Assembly (NCBI RefSeq): GCF_004010195.1
Contig: NC_057757.1
Coordinates: 2,735,813-2,789,647, forward strand
Source: Chiloscyllium plagiosum
Lineage: Eukaryota
Direction: 5' to 3'
Length of the DNA: 53,835 nt
The position numbers and the translations under genes were made by a program. Shown piece after piece: positions 12,560 to 26,022 of the stretch. The number at the start of each line of letters is the position of its first letter. The stretch's first letter is position 1. The notes under the pieces are model-generated. The model saw nothing but the letters and a program-made list of their open reading frames with translations. It did no database searches and was not told the DNA's origin.

Positions 12560-13320
12560 GTAAAACGGAAGCGACAGTGAACCATTCAGTTCCAGTTTGC
12601 AACAAAATGAGTGGTATCCGAAACAGGCGGTGGTTAATGAGGCCAGGGCAAGTCAGTGTCACTCTTACTGGTCTAACAAACCAAATTCAGCTCCGACACC
12701 AAACTCATGGTATACTGTGGTGATTCCCACCCTCCTGTATGGCTCTGAGCTGGGGACTGTCTACAGCAGGGACCTCAAGGTGCTGGAGTGGTCCCACCAA
12801 CTCTACCTGCACAAGATCCTGGAAACCCACTGGGAAGACAGACACACCCACCCTAGCCTTCTCGACTCGGCCAACATCCCCAGCATCGAGGCACTGACCC
12901 CCTGCGGCCTCCCCTCCTTGATCGGCTGCGCTGGGCTGGGCACGTCACCCGTACGACCGACACTAGACTCCCCCAGCAGGTCCTCTCCTCCCAGCTCCAG
13001 CTGGGCAGGGGGAAGCGCCTGAGGGATACCCTCCAGGCATCGCTGGCCAAGTGCAGAATTCCCACGGCCACTCAGGAATCGATGACCCCCAAGACCGTCC
13101 AGAGTGAGGGAGGAGCATCCAGGAAGGCGTCCAGCACCTTCAGACGTGCCGTTGGGAATTAGCGGAAACCGGGCGGAAACAGTGGAAGGAACACGCTGTC
13201 ACCCACCCCCTTCCCATGACCACCACCTGTCCCCAGTATAACAGGGCCTGCGATAACTCCATCAGTCTGTACAGCCACCTACAGACTCACTCTGAGAGGG
13301 GAAGACAGTTATTCTCATCC
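12560..13320 (+). mobile_element. RTE-clade LINE 3' fragment
   Basis: VVIPTLLYGSE...HKILETHWEDR...IPSIEAL, LRWAGHV, and terminal CPQYNRAC...LYSHLQTH zinc-finger-like motif. Confidence 0.8.
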
Positions 13321-13339
13321 ATGACGAAAAATCAAAATA

Positions 13340-14055
13340 GAGCCTTGGGAAAAGTTGCTGGGCAGAGAGATCTGGGAGTGCAGGTCCATTGTACCCTGAA
13401 GGTTGCTGCACAGGTGGATAGAGTGGGCATATAGTATGCTAGCCTTCATTGGACGGGGTATTGAGTACAAGAGCTAGCAGGTCATGTTAAAATTGTACAA
13501 GACATTGGTTCGGCCGTGTTTAGAATCCTGTGTACAATCCTGTTCACCACATTACCAAAAGGATATGGGCGCTTTGGAGAGGGTGCAGGGAAGGTTTACG
13601 AGGATGTTGCCTGGTGTGGAAGGTGCTAGCTATGAAGAAGGGTTGAGTAGGTTAGGGTTAATTTCATTAGAAATAAAGGAGATTGGGGGGGGACCTGATT
13701 GAGGTTTACAAAATCATGAAGGGTATAGACAGGGTGGATAGAGACAAGTTTTTTCCCAGGGTGAGGGATTCAATAACGAGAGGTCACGTGTTCAAGGTGA
13801 GAGGATAGAAGTTTAAGGGGGGATACACGCGGAAAGTATTTTACACGGAGGGTGGTAGGTGCCTGGAAGGCGTTGCCAGCAGAGTTGGTAGAGGCAGGCA
13901 AGGTAGATTCATTTAAGGTGCGTCTGGACAGATGCATGAGTAGGTGGGGAGCGGAGGGATACAGATCCTTAGGAATTGGGCGATAGGTTTAGACAGTGGA
14001 TTTGGATCGGTTCAGGCTTGGAGGGCTGTTCCTGGGCTGTAAATTTTCTTTGTCC
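13340..14055 (+). mobile_element. CR1-type LINE 3' part
   Basis: MLKLYKTLVRPCLESCVQ...ALERVQGRFTRMLPG. Confidence 0.9.
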
Positions 14056-14887
14056 TTAATAAAAAGCCTGGGCAAATGAGGTATGTCAGGGGAGAGCAGT
14101 CTTTCCACAAATGCATTCCAATTGCTAGAATGGAACAGTGCAATTGTGTCTTCCTGCTCCTGGCTGACCAGGGATTCGGACAGAGCAGGGTCAGAGGGGT
14201 GTTGTCTCTCCCGTCAGAGACAGGCTCAACCAGTCGACTTGGAGGCGAAGGGGTTGGCTCACCTTCGGAGGAGAAGTCTGGCAGATGGACTCATTGGAGC
14301 TTTAGCAATATGAGGGGAGTGATCTTCCTGAAACACCGAGACACTGAGTGGGTTTGACAGGGTGATGGCGGCAGTGGAGTGGGGGGGGCAACTCCGGCCG
14401 GGGGAAGTGACGGAGAACTGGGCCTTCTATTTAAGACCGAGAGGAGGAGGAGGAACTTTGCCCCTCAGAGGGTCATTAGCGTTTGGAATTCTCTCTCTCC
14501 CAGAGAGCAGTGGAGGATGGCTCAGTGAATAGGCTCACGGCTATGTTAGAGAGATGTTGGGTTAACGAGTGTCAGCGTGTGGTTATGACAGGGCCAAGGC
14601 AGCAAAGCGAGGTCACGGCCACATTCAGATCAGACGTGGCTCTTACTGAACCATAGAGCAGGCTCAAGGGGGTTGAACAAGCTAACGCTGCTTCTGTTGT
14701 GTGGATGGACTGAGAGGAGGGAGATTTAAGTATCTTTCTCCCCTATCTCCCCAAAAGGTAGAGTCAGTGATGGCGGAGCAACCCTTTCTCCCTAATCCTG
14801 AAGACATTTCCAAAAAGAGATTTTTGTTTTTTGAGCGAGTGCCCAACAGGCTAAGCCACCTGGGATAGCTGACATTGAAGTTAACAG

Positions 14888-15100
14888 CTGGAAATGTGTT
14901 GCTGGAAAAGCGCAGCAGGTCAGGCAGCATCCAGGGAACAGGAGAATCAACGTTTCGGGCATAAGCCCTTCTTCAGGAAGAAGGGCTTATGCCCGAAACG
15001 TCGATTCTCCTGTTCCCTGGATGCTGCCTGACCTGCTGCGCTTTTCCAGCAACACATTTCCAGCTCTGATCTCCAGCATCTGCAGACCTCACTTTCTCCT
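14888..15100. mobile_element. Fold-back mini Penelope-like element (family A) with 15-bp TSD
   Basis: Near-perfect inverted arms of about 85 bp; TSD CATTGAAGTTAACAG at 14873-14887 and 15101-15115. Confidence 0.9.
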
Positions 15101-15239
15101 CATTGAAGTTAACAGACAAACCCTGCTGCAATGCAGCTGACTGCTACGTTCATTAATCTCAACACTCAGCCAACGTCAAATGGTACAACTTGGTAAAATC
15201 ATAAAAACGCAAAGACAAAAGGGCTGCTGACAGAGACTA

Positions 15240-15795
15240 GGAGCAACTTGTCTTGATGGTCAGAGGCTGGGAATCCTGCAGCGAGTAACTACCCACCTGA
15301 ATCCCCCCACCATCAAGAAGGTATAAGTCAGTGAGGGAATACTCCCCACTTGCCCCTGGATGGGAGAAGCTCGACACCATCCAGGGACAAAGCAACCCCC
15401 GCTTGATTGACATCATATCCCCCTCCCTCCCCCACCAGCGCTCAGTAACAGCAGTGTGTACCATCTACAAGATGCCATTCACCAAAGATCCTCAGGCAGC
15501 ACCTTCCAAACCCACGGCCGCTTCCATCGAGAGGGACGAGGGCAGCAGATACACAGGAACGTCACCCCGCTGCAAGTTCCCCTCTGCGCCACTCACCGCC
15601 CTGACTCGGAAATATATCGGCCGCTCTTTCCATGTCTCTGGGTCAGAATCCTGACATTGTGGGTCAACCCACAGCAGGTGGACTACAGCGGTTCAAGAAG
15701 GCAGCTCACCCCCCACCTTCTCAAGGGGGCAACTAGGAACGGGTAATAAATCATGGGCCCGGCCAGTGACGCTCACATCCCGTGAGAGAATTAAA
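15240..15795 (+). mobile_element. L2/CR1-superfamily LINE 3' fragment
   Basis: REYSPLA...KLDTIQ...SLPHQRSVTAVCTIYKM; related copies at about 22370-22610, 28160-28590(-), 46430-46900. Confidence 0.6.
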
Positions 15796-16919
15796 AAGGT
15801 GCTCATTCCTCACAATTGGGTCAAATGCTGGCAACTGGGACTGGATTAATTTAGGATATCTGGTCAGCATGGACGAGTTGGCCAGAAGGGTCTGTTTCTG
15901 TGCTGTATGACTAAGTTGACCAGCAGCTACAATTGCAAGTTGAAAAAGGCCGATTCCTAACGCATGATCCTTCAGCAACACTACAGAGCTTCTTAACAAC
16001 TGTATCATTTCACCGGAGAGAAGATAAACCAGCTGTGGTCTGACATCGATGTTATCAGTAGGACAGGAAACTGCACACTCTTCTCTCCCAGCCCTTTACA
16101 GACTCGGCTGGGGGTTTTTGGTCAATCCAGTCCAATCCTCTTCACAGTGCTGTTTGTGAAAGTTTCCTTGCCCATCGCACTTTGTGGACTGCTCCATTCG
16201 GTGGTGGTTGCCACTTGAATACAGCCAGTCAGAAAGTAACACACTCGCTCTTGAGTGATGCGTTACAGCTAAGGAGAAATGAGTCAGGCCCACAGCCCAG
16301 CAAGGGGGGGGGGCCGACACAGAGAAACCCTGGGCTAAACCTCTCAGGTTCAAATCCAACTCCCCCTCCCACCCACATCCCCTCCTCCCACACCATTCCC
16401 TTTTGGGAATTGAAAGTGAGTCTCAGGGACGGTGACCGCACGACAACCATCAGCGATTCTCACCTTGTTCCATTAGGTCCTTCAGGGGAATGAACACTGC
16501 CACCTTTAACCGCTTCTAGCCTACACATGACTCCAGGCCCCACAGCGACATGGAAATGACGGACAGGCAACAGATGCTGGCCTTTCCAACCACACCCATG
16601 GAGGAATCTTTGGAGAAAAATGGTTAATTTGCAAGTTGTGTCAACAGCAGCCACTCTCCACCGCCTTCCCAACAGAGGGGGCGTGCTGGCTGCTAATTCG
16701 GAGAATGAAGTTCAATTGAAAATGGGGATTTAGGACTGAGCTCCTGTTATCTGACCGAAAACCGCAACGGGTTCGATGAGTGTGGGCAGACAGACATCCT
16801 GCTGATTAGAAGTTTAATCAGAGAATTAACCACAGAATCCTGACTCAGTGGAAGCAGGCTATTTGGCCCACTGAGTAAACACCAACAAGCATCCCAACGA
16901 GACCCCACCCTCCCTATCC

Positions 16920-17450
16920 CCGCACATCCCTGGGCACTATGGGACAATTTAGCACGGCCAATCCACCCTAACCTGCACATCCCTGGGCACTATGGGACAA
17001 TTTAGCACGGCCAATCCACTCTGACCTGCACATCGCCGGGCACCATGGGACAATTTAGCATGGCCAATCCACCCTAACCTACACATCCCTGAGCATTATG
17101 GGACAATTTAGCACGGCCAATCCACCCTAACCTGCACTTCCCTGGACACTATGGGACAATTTAGCACGGCCAATCCACCCTAACCTGCACATCCCTGGAC
17201 ACTATGGGAAAATTTAGCATGGTCAATCCACCCTAACCTGCACATCCCTGGGCACTATGGGACAGTTTAGCACGGCCGGTTCATCTAACCTGCACATCTT
17301 TGGACTGTGGGAGGAAACTGGAGCACCCGGAGGAAACGCATGCAGACACCGGGAGAATGTGCAAACTCCACACAGAGTCACCCGAGACAGGAATCGCACC
17401 TGTGCCCTGGTGCCATGAGGCAGCAGTACTAACCACTGAACCACTGAGCT
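16920..17450 (-). repeat. V-SINE with internal 53-bp tandem array (about 7 units)
   Basis: Unit CATCCCTGGGCACTATGGGACAATTTAGCACGGCCAATCCACCCTAACCTGCA, followed by the SINE head at about 17300-17450. Confidence 0.9.
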
Positions 17451-17699
17451 GCACACTTGTTGAGGATTCCCTCTCAGGTTCAAATCCAACCACCCCAACC
17501 GCTCTTCCCACACAATTCCCTTTCGAGATTTGAAAGTGAGTCTCAGGGACGATGACTCCAGACGCAGAGCGACATAGAAATGAAGGACAGCAACAGATAC
17601 TGGCCTTTCAAACCACACTCATGCAAGAATCGATGAAAAGAGGTTGTGTCGCAAGTTCCGTCAACAGCAGCTACTCTTCACTCCATTCCCAAGTGAGGG

Positions 17700-18275
17700 G
17701 GGGGGGGGGTGGAGTCGCTGGACTCCAAACGTGGACTTGGCTTTCTGCTCACAGAGGCTGTCTGATTTTTGTTAAGGCCAGCAGAGTGAGGTTTATCAGC
17801 TTGGTCCGACAGTACAGTTGGTCTCAGAGCCCGCCCATGTCACAGAACGGAGGCTCTGCATGGTCTGGGGTAGCAGGAAACCAGGAGGGAATTTGGTGCA
17901 GGTCTCCTCGCGGATCGATACACCCAGCAGGAGTTGGTACAGCAACCTGGGAGCGTGAGGAAAACCAAGCTGCCAGAATTAAAATGGGGGGGGGGGGTGG
18001 AGTCGCCGGACTCCAAACGTGGACTTGGCTTTCTGCTCACAGAGGCTGTCTGATTTTTGTTAAGGCCAGCAGAGTGAGGTTTATCAGCTTGGTCCCACAG
18101 TACAGTTGGTCTCAGAGCCCGCCCATGTCACGGAACGGAGGCTCTGCATGGTCTGGGGTAGCAGGAAACCAGGAGGAAATTTGGTGCAGGTCTCCTCGCG
18201 GATCGATACACCCAGCAGGAGTTGGTTCAGCAACCTGGGAGCGTGAGGAAATCCAAGCTGCCAGAATTAAAATGG
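17700..18275. repeat. 288-bp direct tandem duplication downstream of the CNPY4 stop codon
   Basis: GGAGTCGC at 17711 and 17999; about 6 substitutions between copies; junction lies in a poly-G run. Confidence 0.9.
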
Positions 18276-18663
18276 ACGCTATAGCATCTTTAGCAGCTTC
18301 TCAAACTCCACACCAGATTGGAGAGACCCTAACCTGTATTACCAGGGAGGAGGAAAGGACAGGGTCCCCCATAAAAAGGAGCGTGCATGGTGTTTAAGTA
18401 TTAGAAAGATGGGTTATGTAGCAAGTTTAAAATCTGATCCGTTCTAGACTAGTGTCCTGTTGTGACCTATAAAGAGACAGAACATACTCGACCTTCTGTA
18501 GGCCCGAGAGTCAGGGTTCAAAGCCACGCCTTGCTTCCACACCCTGGGAGACTGCCGAGTATAAAACTGATAGCCTTTCCGATTACCATAGTCCAGTTTG
18601 GCACAGGCACACTTTTCCCAATTCCAGACGGGGTCCGGGAGGGATGAGCAACACCGCGCGAGG

Positions 18664-18812
18664 TCAGAGTTCAGCAGCGTCATGACGGGTCTCGTCACCC
18701 TCCGACCTGTCTCCTTCTCCGGGTTTGCCATCTGCCTGCGCGCCCCGCTCCTCCTCCTCCTGTCTCTCAGCTGCGTCGCCCTTGCGGCCTTTCCACACTT
18801 CGGTCAGGCACT
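18664..18812 (-). CDS. CNPY4: Canopy homolog 4, exon 6 (last coding exon; acidic tail ending HDAAEL*)
   Basis: Acceptor CTGCAG at 18818-18813; (E)CLTEVWKG matches the CNPY4 CLQETWTG motif; TGA at 18666-18664. Confidence 0.9.
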
Positions 18813-19125
18813 CTGCAGACCGGGAGGGAGAGATGGGGACGGTCAAGTGGGGGAACGGTTACGGCAGAGTGTGGGAGATACGAGACCTCAGCGTCACAGA
18901 AAGTGTGTGTGTGTGTATTGGGGGTGGGGGGGGGTGGGGTGGGGAAGAGCTGCCGCCTACAGGCTGACAGCTTCCTGGAAGTTTTAACCGTGTGACTGCA
19001 AGTGCACGTTTCCCCCCTCCACCTGCTCAAAGAGCCTTTTCGGTAAGAAACAAATTGCTGGAGAAACTCAGCAGGTCTGGCAGCACGTGCGGAGAGAAAG
19101 CGGACTTAACGTTTTGAGTCCAGCT

Positions 19126-19688
19126 GTAGAGTCATCCAGCATGGAAACAGACCCTTCAGCCCAACCAGTCTGTGCTAACCACAATCCCAAACTAAACTAG
19201 TGCCAGCTGCCTGCTCCTGGCCCGTATCCCTCCAAACCTTTCCTATTCATGAACTTATCCAAGTGTCTTTTAAATGGTGTATAACTGTCCCCTCATCCAC
19301 CACTTCCTCAGGAAGGTCATTTCACACACAGACACACAGAGACACTTTTACACTCTGTGTTAAAGGTTGCCCCACGTCCCTTTAAAATCTCTCTCCGCTC
19401 ACCTTGAAAATGTACCCCCTCGTCTTGAAGCCCCGCACCCTAGGGAAGACAGCTACCATTAACCCTCTCTAGGGTCACCCCCACCAACCTCCAACTCTCC
19501 GGTGAAGAAAGTCCCAGCCTATCCAGCCTCTCCGTGTAACCCAAACCCTCCATTCCCTGGGAAATCTCTTCTGAGCCCTCTCCAGTTTAATAATCTCCTC
19601 CCTATAACAGGGCGACCAGAACTGGATACAGTTCTCCAGAAGAGGCCTCACCAATGTCCTGTACAACCTCAACATCACGTCCCAACTC
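19126..19688 (-). mobile_element. CR1-type LINE 3' fragment
   Basis: MLRLYRTLVRPLLENCIQFWSP...KLERAQKRF. Confidence 0.85.
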
Positions 19689-20234
19689 TGAAGGATCACT
19701 GGACTCGAAACTTTAACTCTGCTTTCCTCCCACAGACCTGCTGAGTTTTTCCAGCATCTCTATTTCCGTTTCAGATCTCAGTTCTTTCTAATATTCTAGT
19801 CGTTTCTTCTTCATTGCATTGTAAAATAAATTACTTTAAAGTCTCTGATGAAGTGTCTTCTGGGGTGGCGGGATTGCTCCCAACAGCGTCCTAGCCGTGA
19901 ATCTTGTAACTGCTGGGCAGTCCAGGGCAAGAAAGGGAGCCTGGGGAGTGGGACTTCCAACTTTACAAGATAACTTTTTAAACTGGGATTTGTGTAAACC
20001 TGACAAGTGTGCGGGGAGAGTCACAGTAATCGAGAGCACTTTCCTTTACTATGGAAGGAGGTATTGATGGGGAGAAAAGGGATTGGTATCGTTTTTTAAA
20101 AAAATCAAAACAGACACAGTTGTTATAATAATGGCACCATCTCTCCCACACAATCACAAGAACGGCGGTCTCAATTAAACGTTTCCCAGGAGGGTTGGAA
20201 GCACCATCAATTGAAGGTTACCAATACAGAGAGT

Positions 20235-21305
20235 CCCTACAGTGTGGAAACAGGCCATTTGACCCAACAAGTCCACAATGACACTCCAAAGAGTAACCCA
20301 CCCAAACCCATTCTCCTACCCTATTACTCTACATTTATCTCTGACTAATGCACCTAACCCTCACATCCCTGGACACTATGGGACAATTTAGCACGGCCAA
20401 TCCCCCCTAACCTGCCCATCCCTGGGCACTATGGGACAATTTAGCATGGCCAATCCCCCCTAACCTGCCCATCCCTGGACACTATGGGACAATTTAGCAC
20501 GGCCAATCCCCCCTAACCTGCCCATCCCTGGGCACTATGGGGCAATTTAGCATGGCCAATCCACCCTGACCTGCACATCCCTGGACACTATGGGGTAATT
20601 TAGCACGGCCAATCCACCCTAACCTGCACATCCCTGGGCACTATGGGACAATTTAGCACGGCCAATCCACCCTAACCTGCACATCCCTGGGCACTATGGG
20701 ACAATTTAGCACGGCCAATCCACCCTAACCTGCACATCCCTGGGCACTATGGGACAATTTAGCACGGCCAATCCACCCTAACCTGCACATCCCTGGGCAC
20801 TATGGGACAATTTAGCACGGCCAATCCACCCTAACCTGCACATCCCTGGGCACTATGGGACAATTTAGCACGGCCAATCCACCCTAACCTGCACATCCCT
20901 GGGCACTATGGGACAATTTAGCACGGCCAATCCACCCTAACCTGCACATCCCTGGGCACTATGGGACAATTTAGCACGGCCGGTTCCCTAACCTGCACAC
21001 CCCTGGACACTATGGGACAATTTAGCACGGCCAATCCACCCTAACCTGTGCATCCTTTGGACTGTTGGGAGGAAACTGCAGCTCCCGAATTAGCACGGCC
21101 AATCCACCCTAACCTGTACATCCCTGGGCACTATGGGACAATTTAGCACGGCCAATCCACTCTAACCTGTGCATCCTTTGGACTGTTGGGAGGAAACTGC
21201 AGCTCCCGAAGGACTCCCCCGCAGACACAGGGGAGAATGTACAAACTCCACACAGACAGTCACCCTGGGTCCCTGGCGCTGTGAGGCAGTAGCGTTAACC
21301 ATCAG
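20235..21305 (-). repeat. V-SINE with a large internal 53-bp tandem array (about 14 units)
   Basis: SINE tail 20235-20360, array about 20360-21170, head about 21180-21305. Confidence 0.9.
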
Positions 21306-21809
21306 AGGACACACTGCTTCCATGAATAGGAAGAGGCAGAGCATAAAAGCCATAGGTTATGCTAAACCCTTGGCCGAATTACAGGCTCCGTTCCAGCAAT
21401 CGTTACATTTGTATTCAATCTTTGGGCGGACTTGTGGGAGTTTTCGAGGGGCAGACATTGGGTAATGTAGAGGAGATGCTGGAAGGAAGTGACATGGGGG
21501 GGGCATTGATTGCCCGGAGAAGGGGCTGAGGATTGTCTGTGTCTACGTCTCCCTCTCCCTCCCACCCTTCGCGCTGGGCTCAAGCAGGATCTGGTATCTA
21601 GTGGCGGTCTGAGCCAAGGGGTTTAATCCTTGGAGTGGGACGGGCAGGAGCCAGCTACAACTTGCAGCTGACTCTCTGACCTGCGCAGATGAGAACTGAG
21701 GGAACTGTCTCACAGGGAGGGATTTAGGGGCCCGAACTGAGGAGGGAAGGGCGGGCTGCTTTAAAAACCCAAAACCAAGAAGAAACCCGACCCCGCGGCA
21801 CAGACTAAC

Positions 21810-21927
21810 CTTGATTGTTTGTCTCCAGCACGTGGGACATGCAGAGAAACCGCTCCAGATCCAGGTCCTGGTGGTGGAAGTACCAATCCTCCACGACCTC
21901 CTCGTACTGCTCCAGCATCTTCTCACA
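21810..21927 (-). CDS. CNPY4: Canopy homolog 4, exon 5 (118 nt)
   Basis: CEKMLEQYEEVVEDWYFHHQDLDLERFLCMSHVLETNNQ; CAG acceptor, G|GTTAGT donor. Confidence 0.95.
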
Positions 21928-23223
21928 CTGAGAGAAGGAACACCCACAGATGTTGGGCTGGCTTGGGTCGAATTGCGCTGGACAGTGTTCCATTATAAAT
22001 GCAATGCTCAACTTTTTTTTTTCGAGATTGAAACCTCTGCCCTCGTTTTCCTGCCCCACCCCTTCTCGATGGCTCGCTTTCTTCTCTCGATATTCCCCCC
22101 CCCCCCCCGCCTTTCTGCTTTCATAACACGATCGATCACCATCCGCGCACCTCCTCTGGGTGGGTTTTCTCCGGGTGCTCTGGTTTCCTCCCACAGTCCA
22201 AAGATATACGGGTCAGGCGAATTGGCCATGTTAAATTGCCCGTAGTTAGGTGCAGGGGTAAATGTAGGGGAATGGGTCTGGGTAAGTGCGCTTCAGCGGG
22301 TCGGTGTGGACTTGTTGGGCCGAAGGGCCTGTTTCCACACTATAAGTAATCATAGAAAGCATGGGAACTCAACCATCTGCAAATTTCCCTCCAAGCCATA
22401 CACTCTCCTGATTTAGAAATATATCGGCATTCCTTCTGTATCAATGGATCAAAGTCCCAGATTTCCATTCCTAACAGCACAGTGGCTGCCCCTACTCATC
22501 AAGCACTGCAGCAGTTCAAGAGGCAGCTCACCAACATTTCCTCGAGGGAATTCAGGGTTGGACAACAAATGCTGCTCTATACAGTGACATTCACATCACA
22601 TGAACGAATATATTTTAAAAAGTAGTTTACACATGCACTCGTGCTGTTATACCCATGGCTCATTTTTAACTTGTACTGTGCCCAAATTACATATGTTTGG
22701 TTCAAGGTATCATCATAGTACACATTATATCAAAGGTTTATTTCATTAAACCAACATTGTGGGCACAATGTGCATTTTAAATTTATGATACGTATCCGTG
22801 TATATGTTCAATGAATACAGATGAGTTTATTCTGCACATTGTTATTTTTGTAGTATTCACATCAGTTATATAGATTGATAAATTCTTGATGTCACAAGGA
22901 ATTAAGGGCTACGGGGAGAATGCGGGTAAGTGGAGTTGAAATGCCCATCAGCCATGATTGAATGGCGGAGTGGACTCGATGGGCCGAATGGCCTCATTTC
23001 CGCTCCTATGTCTTATGGTCTAAGTCCCTAACTCTGCCCCTACGTCTGGTGCGAAGGACCCCGATCAGAGTGCTGGCACTGGGAGGGAGGGGGAAAGCCC
23101 AGGGTCACACGTAAAGATCAGTTGGCGGCTCCAGGCTCCGCTAACACCTTCAGTGAACGGCTGCTGATAACAGACGCAGAGGGGTGGACAAACAATGCAG
23201 TCCAGCAGAGGGGCCAGGCTTAC

Positions 23224-23346
23224 CTGCTTTTTCAGATCCGTCACCTCAGCCGAGGGCTCATCCCACATTTCGAACGGGAGTCCCAGCTCCACCTTGACTC
23301 CTTTGCTCACCAGGTTCTTCAGGGTCATCATTGTCTCACTGGTTCC
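23224..23346 (-). CDS. CNPY4: Canopy homolog 4, exon 4 (123 nt)
   Basis: GTSETMMTLKNLVSKGVKVELGLPFEMWDEPSAEVTDLKKQ; TCTCAG acceptor, CAG|GTAAGC donor. Confidence 0.95.
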
Positions 23347-24149
23347 CTGAGAGAAAACAAACCAGAACTAAATACGCTGCAGGCTCTCAGCACAGAGCCT
23401 GCCGTCACCTTCCTCCTGCTACTGACTGGCGAGGCCTCCTCTGGAGCACTCTGTCCGTTTCTGGTCTCCCTGTTACCGGAAGGATAGGATTAAACTGGAG
23501 AGGGCTCAGAAGAGATTTACCAGGATGTTGCCGGGTATGGAAGGTTTGGGTTATAAGGAGAGGCTGGATTGGCCGGGACTTTATCCACTGGAGTGCAGGA
23601 GGTTCAGGGGTGACTTTATAGAGGTTTATAAAATCATGAGGGGTATAAACAAGGTGCCTTTTCCCCAGGGTGGAGGAGTTCAAGACTAGGGCCCATATTT
23701 TTAGAGTGAGAGAAGAAAGATTTCAAACAGACACGAGAGCTGACCATTTTTTTTTACATAGAGTGGTGTGTGTGTGTGTAATGAACTTTGAGCAAGTGGT
23801 GGATATAGGGACAGCTTAAAAGCCATATGGAGAAAGACAAGGTTTGGAGGGAGATGGGCCGTGTTGGTGTTAGGGAACAGAACTAGAACAGGCATAGTGG
23901 GGGGGGAGGCACTCCAACAGCTCTGCATCAGGGAGGGAATAGGTGAGCAAGAGCTCAGAGAGGTGGGTTTGAAGGGGTATCAGAGGGGCAAGAGACACAG
24001 GTGAGAGGGATTGCTTCAGCAGCTTAGGGCTCAGAAAGCTGAACATTCGAATACCCCCACGGCAAATTGTGGAAGTTGAATCCAATAAAACTCTGGAATT
24101 AAGAATATAAGGATGGCCATGATTATTGGGAGAAAGAGAGGACTGCAGA

Positions 24150-25290
24150 TAGAGTCACAGAGATGTACAGCATGGAAACAGACCCTTCGGCCCAACCCGT
24201 CCATGCTGATCAGATATCCTAACCTAATCTGGTCCCATTTGCCAGCACCTGACCCATATCCCTCCAAACCCTTCCTATTCATATACCCATCCAAATGCCT
24301 CTTCAATGTTGTAATTGTACCAGCCCCCTCATAATTTTGTAAACCTCTATAAGGTCACCCCTCAGCCTCCGACGCTCCAGGGAAAACAGCCCCAGCCTGT
24401 TCAGCCTCTCCCTGTAGCTCAGATCCTCCAACCCTGGCAGCATCCTTGTAAATCTTTCCTGAACCCTTTCAAGTTTCATAACATCTTTCTGATAGGAAGC
24501 AGAGCAGAGTCAAAAGGTGTGGTGCTGGGAAAGCACAGCCGGTCAGTCAGCATCCAAGGAGCAGGAGAACCGATGTTTCCTGGTGAAGAGCTTATGCCTG
24601 AAACGTCAATTCTCCTGTTCCTCGGATGCTGCCTGACCTGCTGTGCTTTCCCAGCAACACATTTTTTGACCATGATTATTGAGAAAAACTGAAGCGGTTC
24701 ATTCGGAGAAGGAAATCTGCCATCGTTACCCTCTGGGCAATTGGGATGGACAATAATGTGGGCCCAGCCAGCGACACAGAGATCCTGAGGGTGAATAAAT
24801 GTAATCAATGGGTTGCATATAATTAAAACCAGAGACCAGAATTGACAGGGGAGGCGTGGGGCTGGAGGGCCCTGGGATATGGAGTGTACCACAAGAGGGT
24901 GGGGAGTTTAACACCAGCGTGTTACTTAACACAAGAGCTGCTGTAGGTCATTGAGCATAGGCAACTGGTCGTATGGAGACCACGGAGTCATGATCATACA
25001 GCACGGAAACAGACCCTTCGGCCCAACTCGTCCATGCTGACCAGGTCCCCTAAACTGAACGTGTTCCGTTTGCCTGCGTTTGGCCCCTATCCCTCTAAAC
25101 CTTGCTTTTCCATGTACCTGTCCAAATGCCTTTTAAATGTCATAATTGTACCGGCCTCCACCACTTCCTCTGACAGCTCATTCCATACACGCACCACCCG
25201 CTGAGTGAAAAAGTTGCCCCTTAGGTCCCTTTCCCCTCTCACCTTAAACCTAAGGCCTCTAGTTCTGGACTCCCTCCCCACCCCTGGTGG
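24150..25290 (-). mobile_element. Cluster of CR1-type LINE 3' ends with a fold-back element at about 24505-24668
   Basis: FKRHLDGYMNRKGLEGYG and ESRTRGLRFKVRGE motifs. Confidence 0.75.
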
Positions 25291-26022
25291 AAAAGACTTT
25301 ATTCTGCACTCAGTCATATTGATGGAGGAGGTGATGAGTTTTATCATCAGTAAAAGTACATCCACATTCACCAACAGCACACCAAGTTTTAAAAAATTCA
25401 TTGACAGAAAGGGATTCCAGGTGAAGGGCTTATGCCCGGAACGTTGATTCCCCTGCTCCTCGGATGCTGCCTGACCTGCTGTCCTTTTCCAGCACCACAC
25501 TCTCGACTCTGATCTCCAGCATCTGCGTTTCTTGGAGTTGCTGGCCATCCCTAATTGCCCAGAGGGCTGTGCAGAGCCAGCCACGTTGCTGTGGGTCTGG
25601 AGTCACTTGTAGGCCAGACCAGGTCAGGATGGCGGTTTCCTGGGCGTGAGTGAACCAACAACTGACGACACGTGTCCGTCATTGGACTCTTAATCCCAGA
25701 ATTGTTTTTTTTGGTGAATTCAAATTCCACCTCCTGCCGTGGCGAGAGTCGAACCCAGGTGCTGCGGGAGTTTACCTGGGTCGCTGGATTAACGGTCCAG
25801 CAATCACTAGGCCATCGCCCCTCCCATGCAGGTTCAGAATCTGACTGAGTAGAGTTGTTCTGTTCCTGTGGTGACCCCTGCTGTACAAAAACCGCTCAAT
25901 ACAAATATACTCAAAGTGGTGCTGATGTAACCCCGTTAACTTCAAAAGTTGGTGTTTTAGAAAAAGCATTCCCAATTCGCATTAACGGAAGATGCGTTAT
26001 AGCTGAACTACCTGTAGTTAGG

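Noticed and set aside
17552..18397. 281-aa plus-strand ORF with an internal 96-aa repeat
   Set aside because: Length comes from the 288-bp duplication; antisense to the CNPY4 3' region; no recognisable domain
600..18600. MBLAC1 orthologue expected from human synteny
   Set aside because: No ORF with the metallo-beta-lactamase THGHSDH-type motif seen
20360..21170. CRISPR-like regular repeats
   Set aside because: Contiguous 53-bp units with no unique spacers, SINE-derived, eukaryotic context
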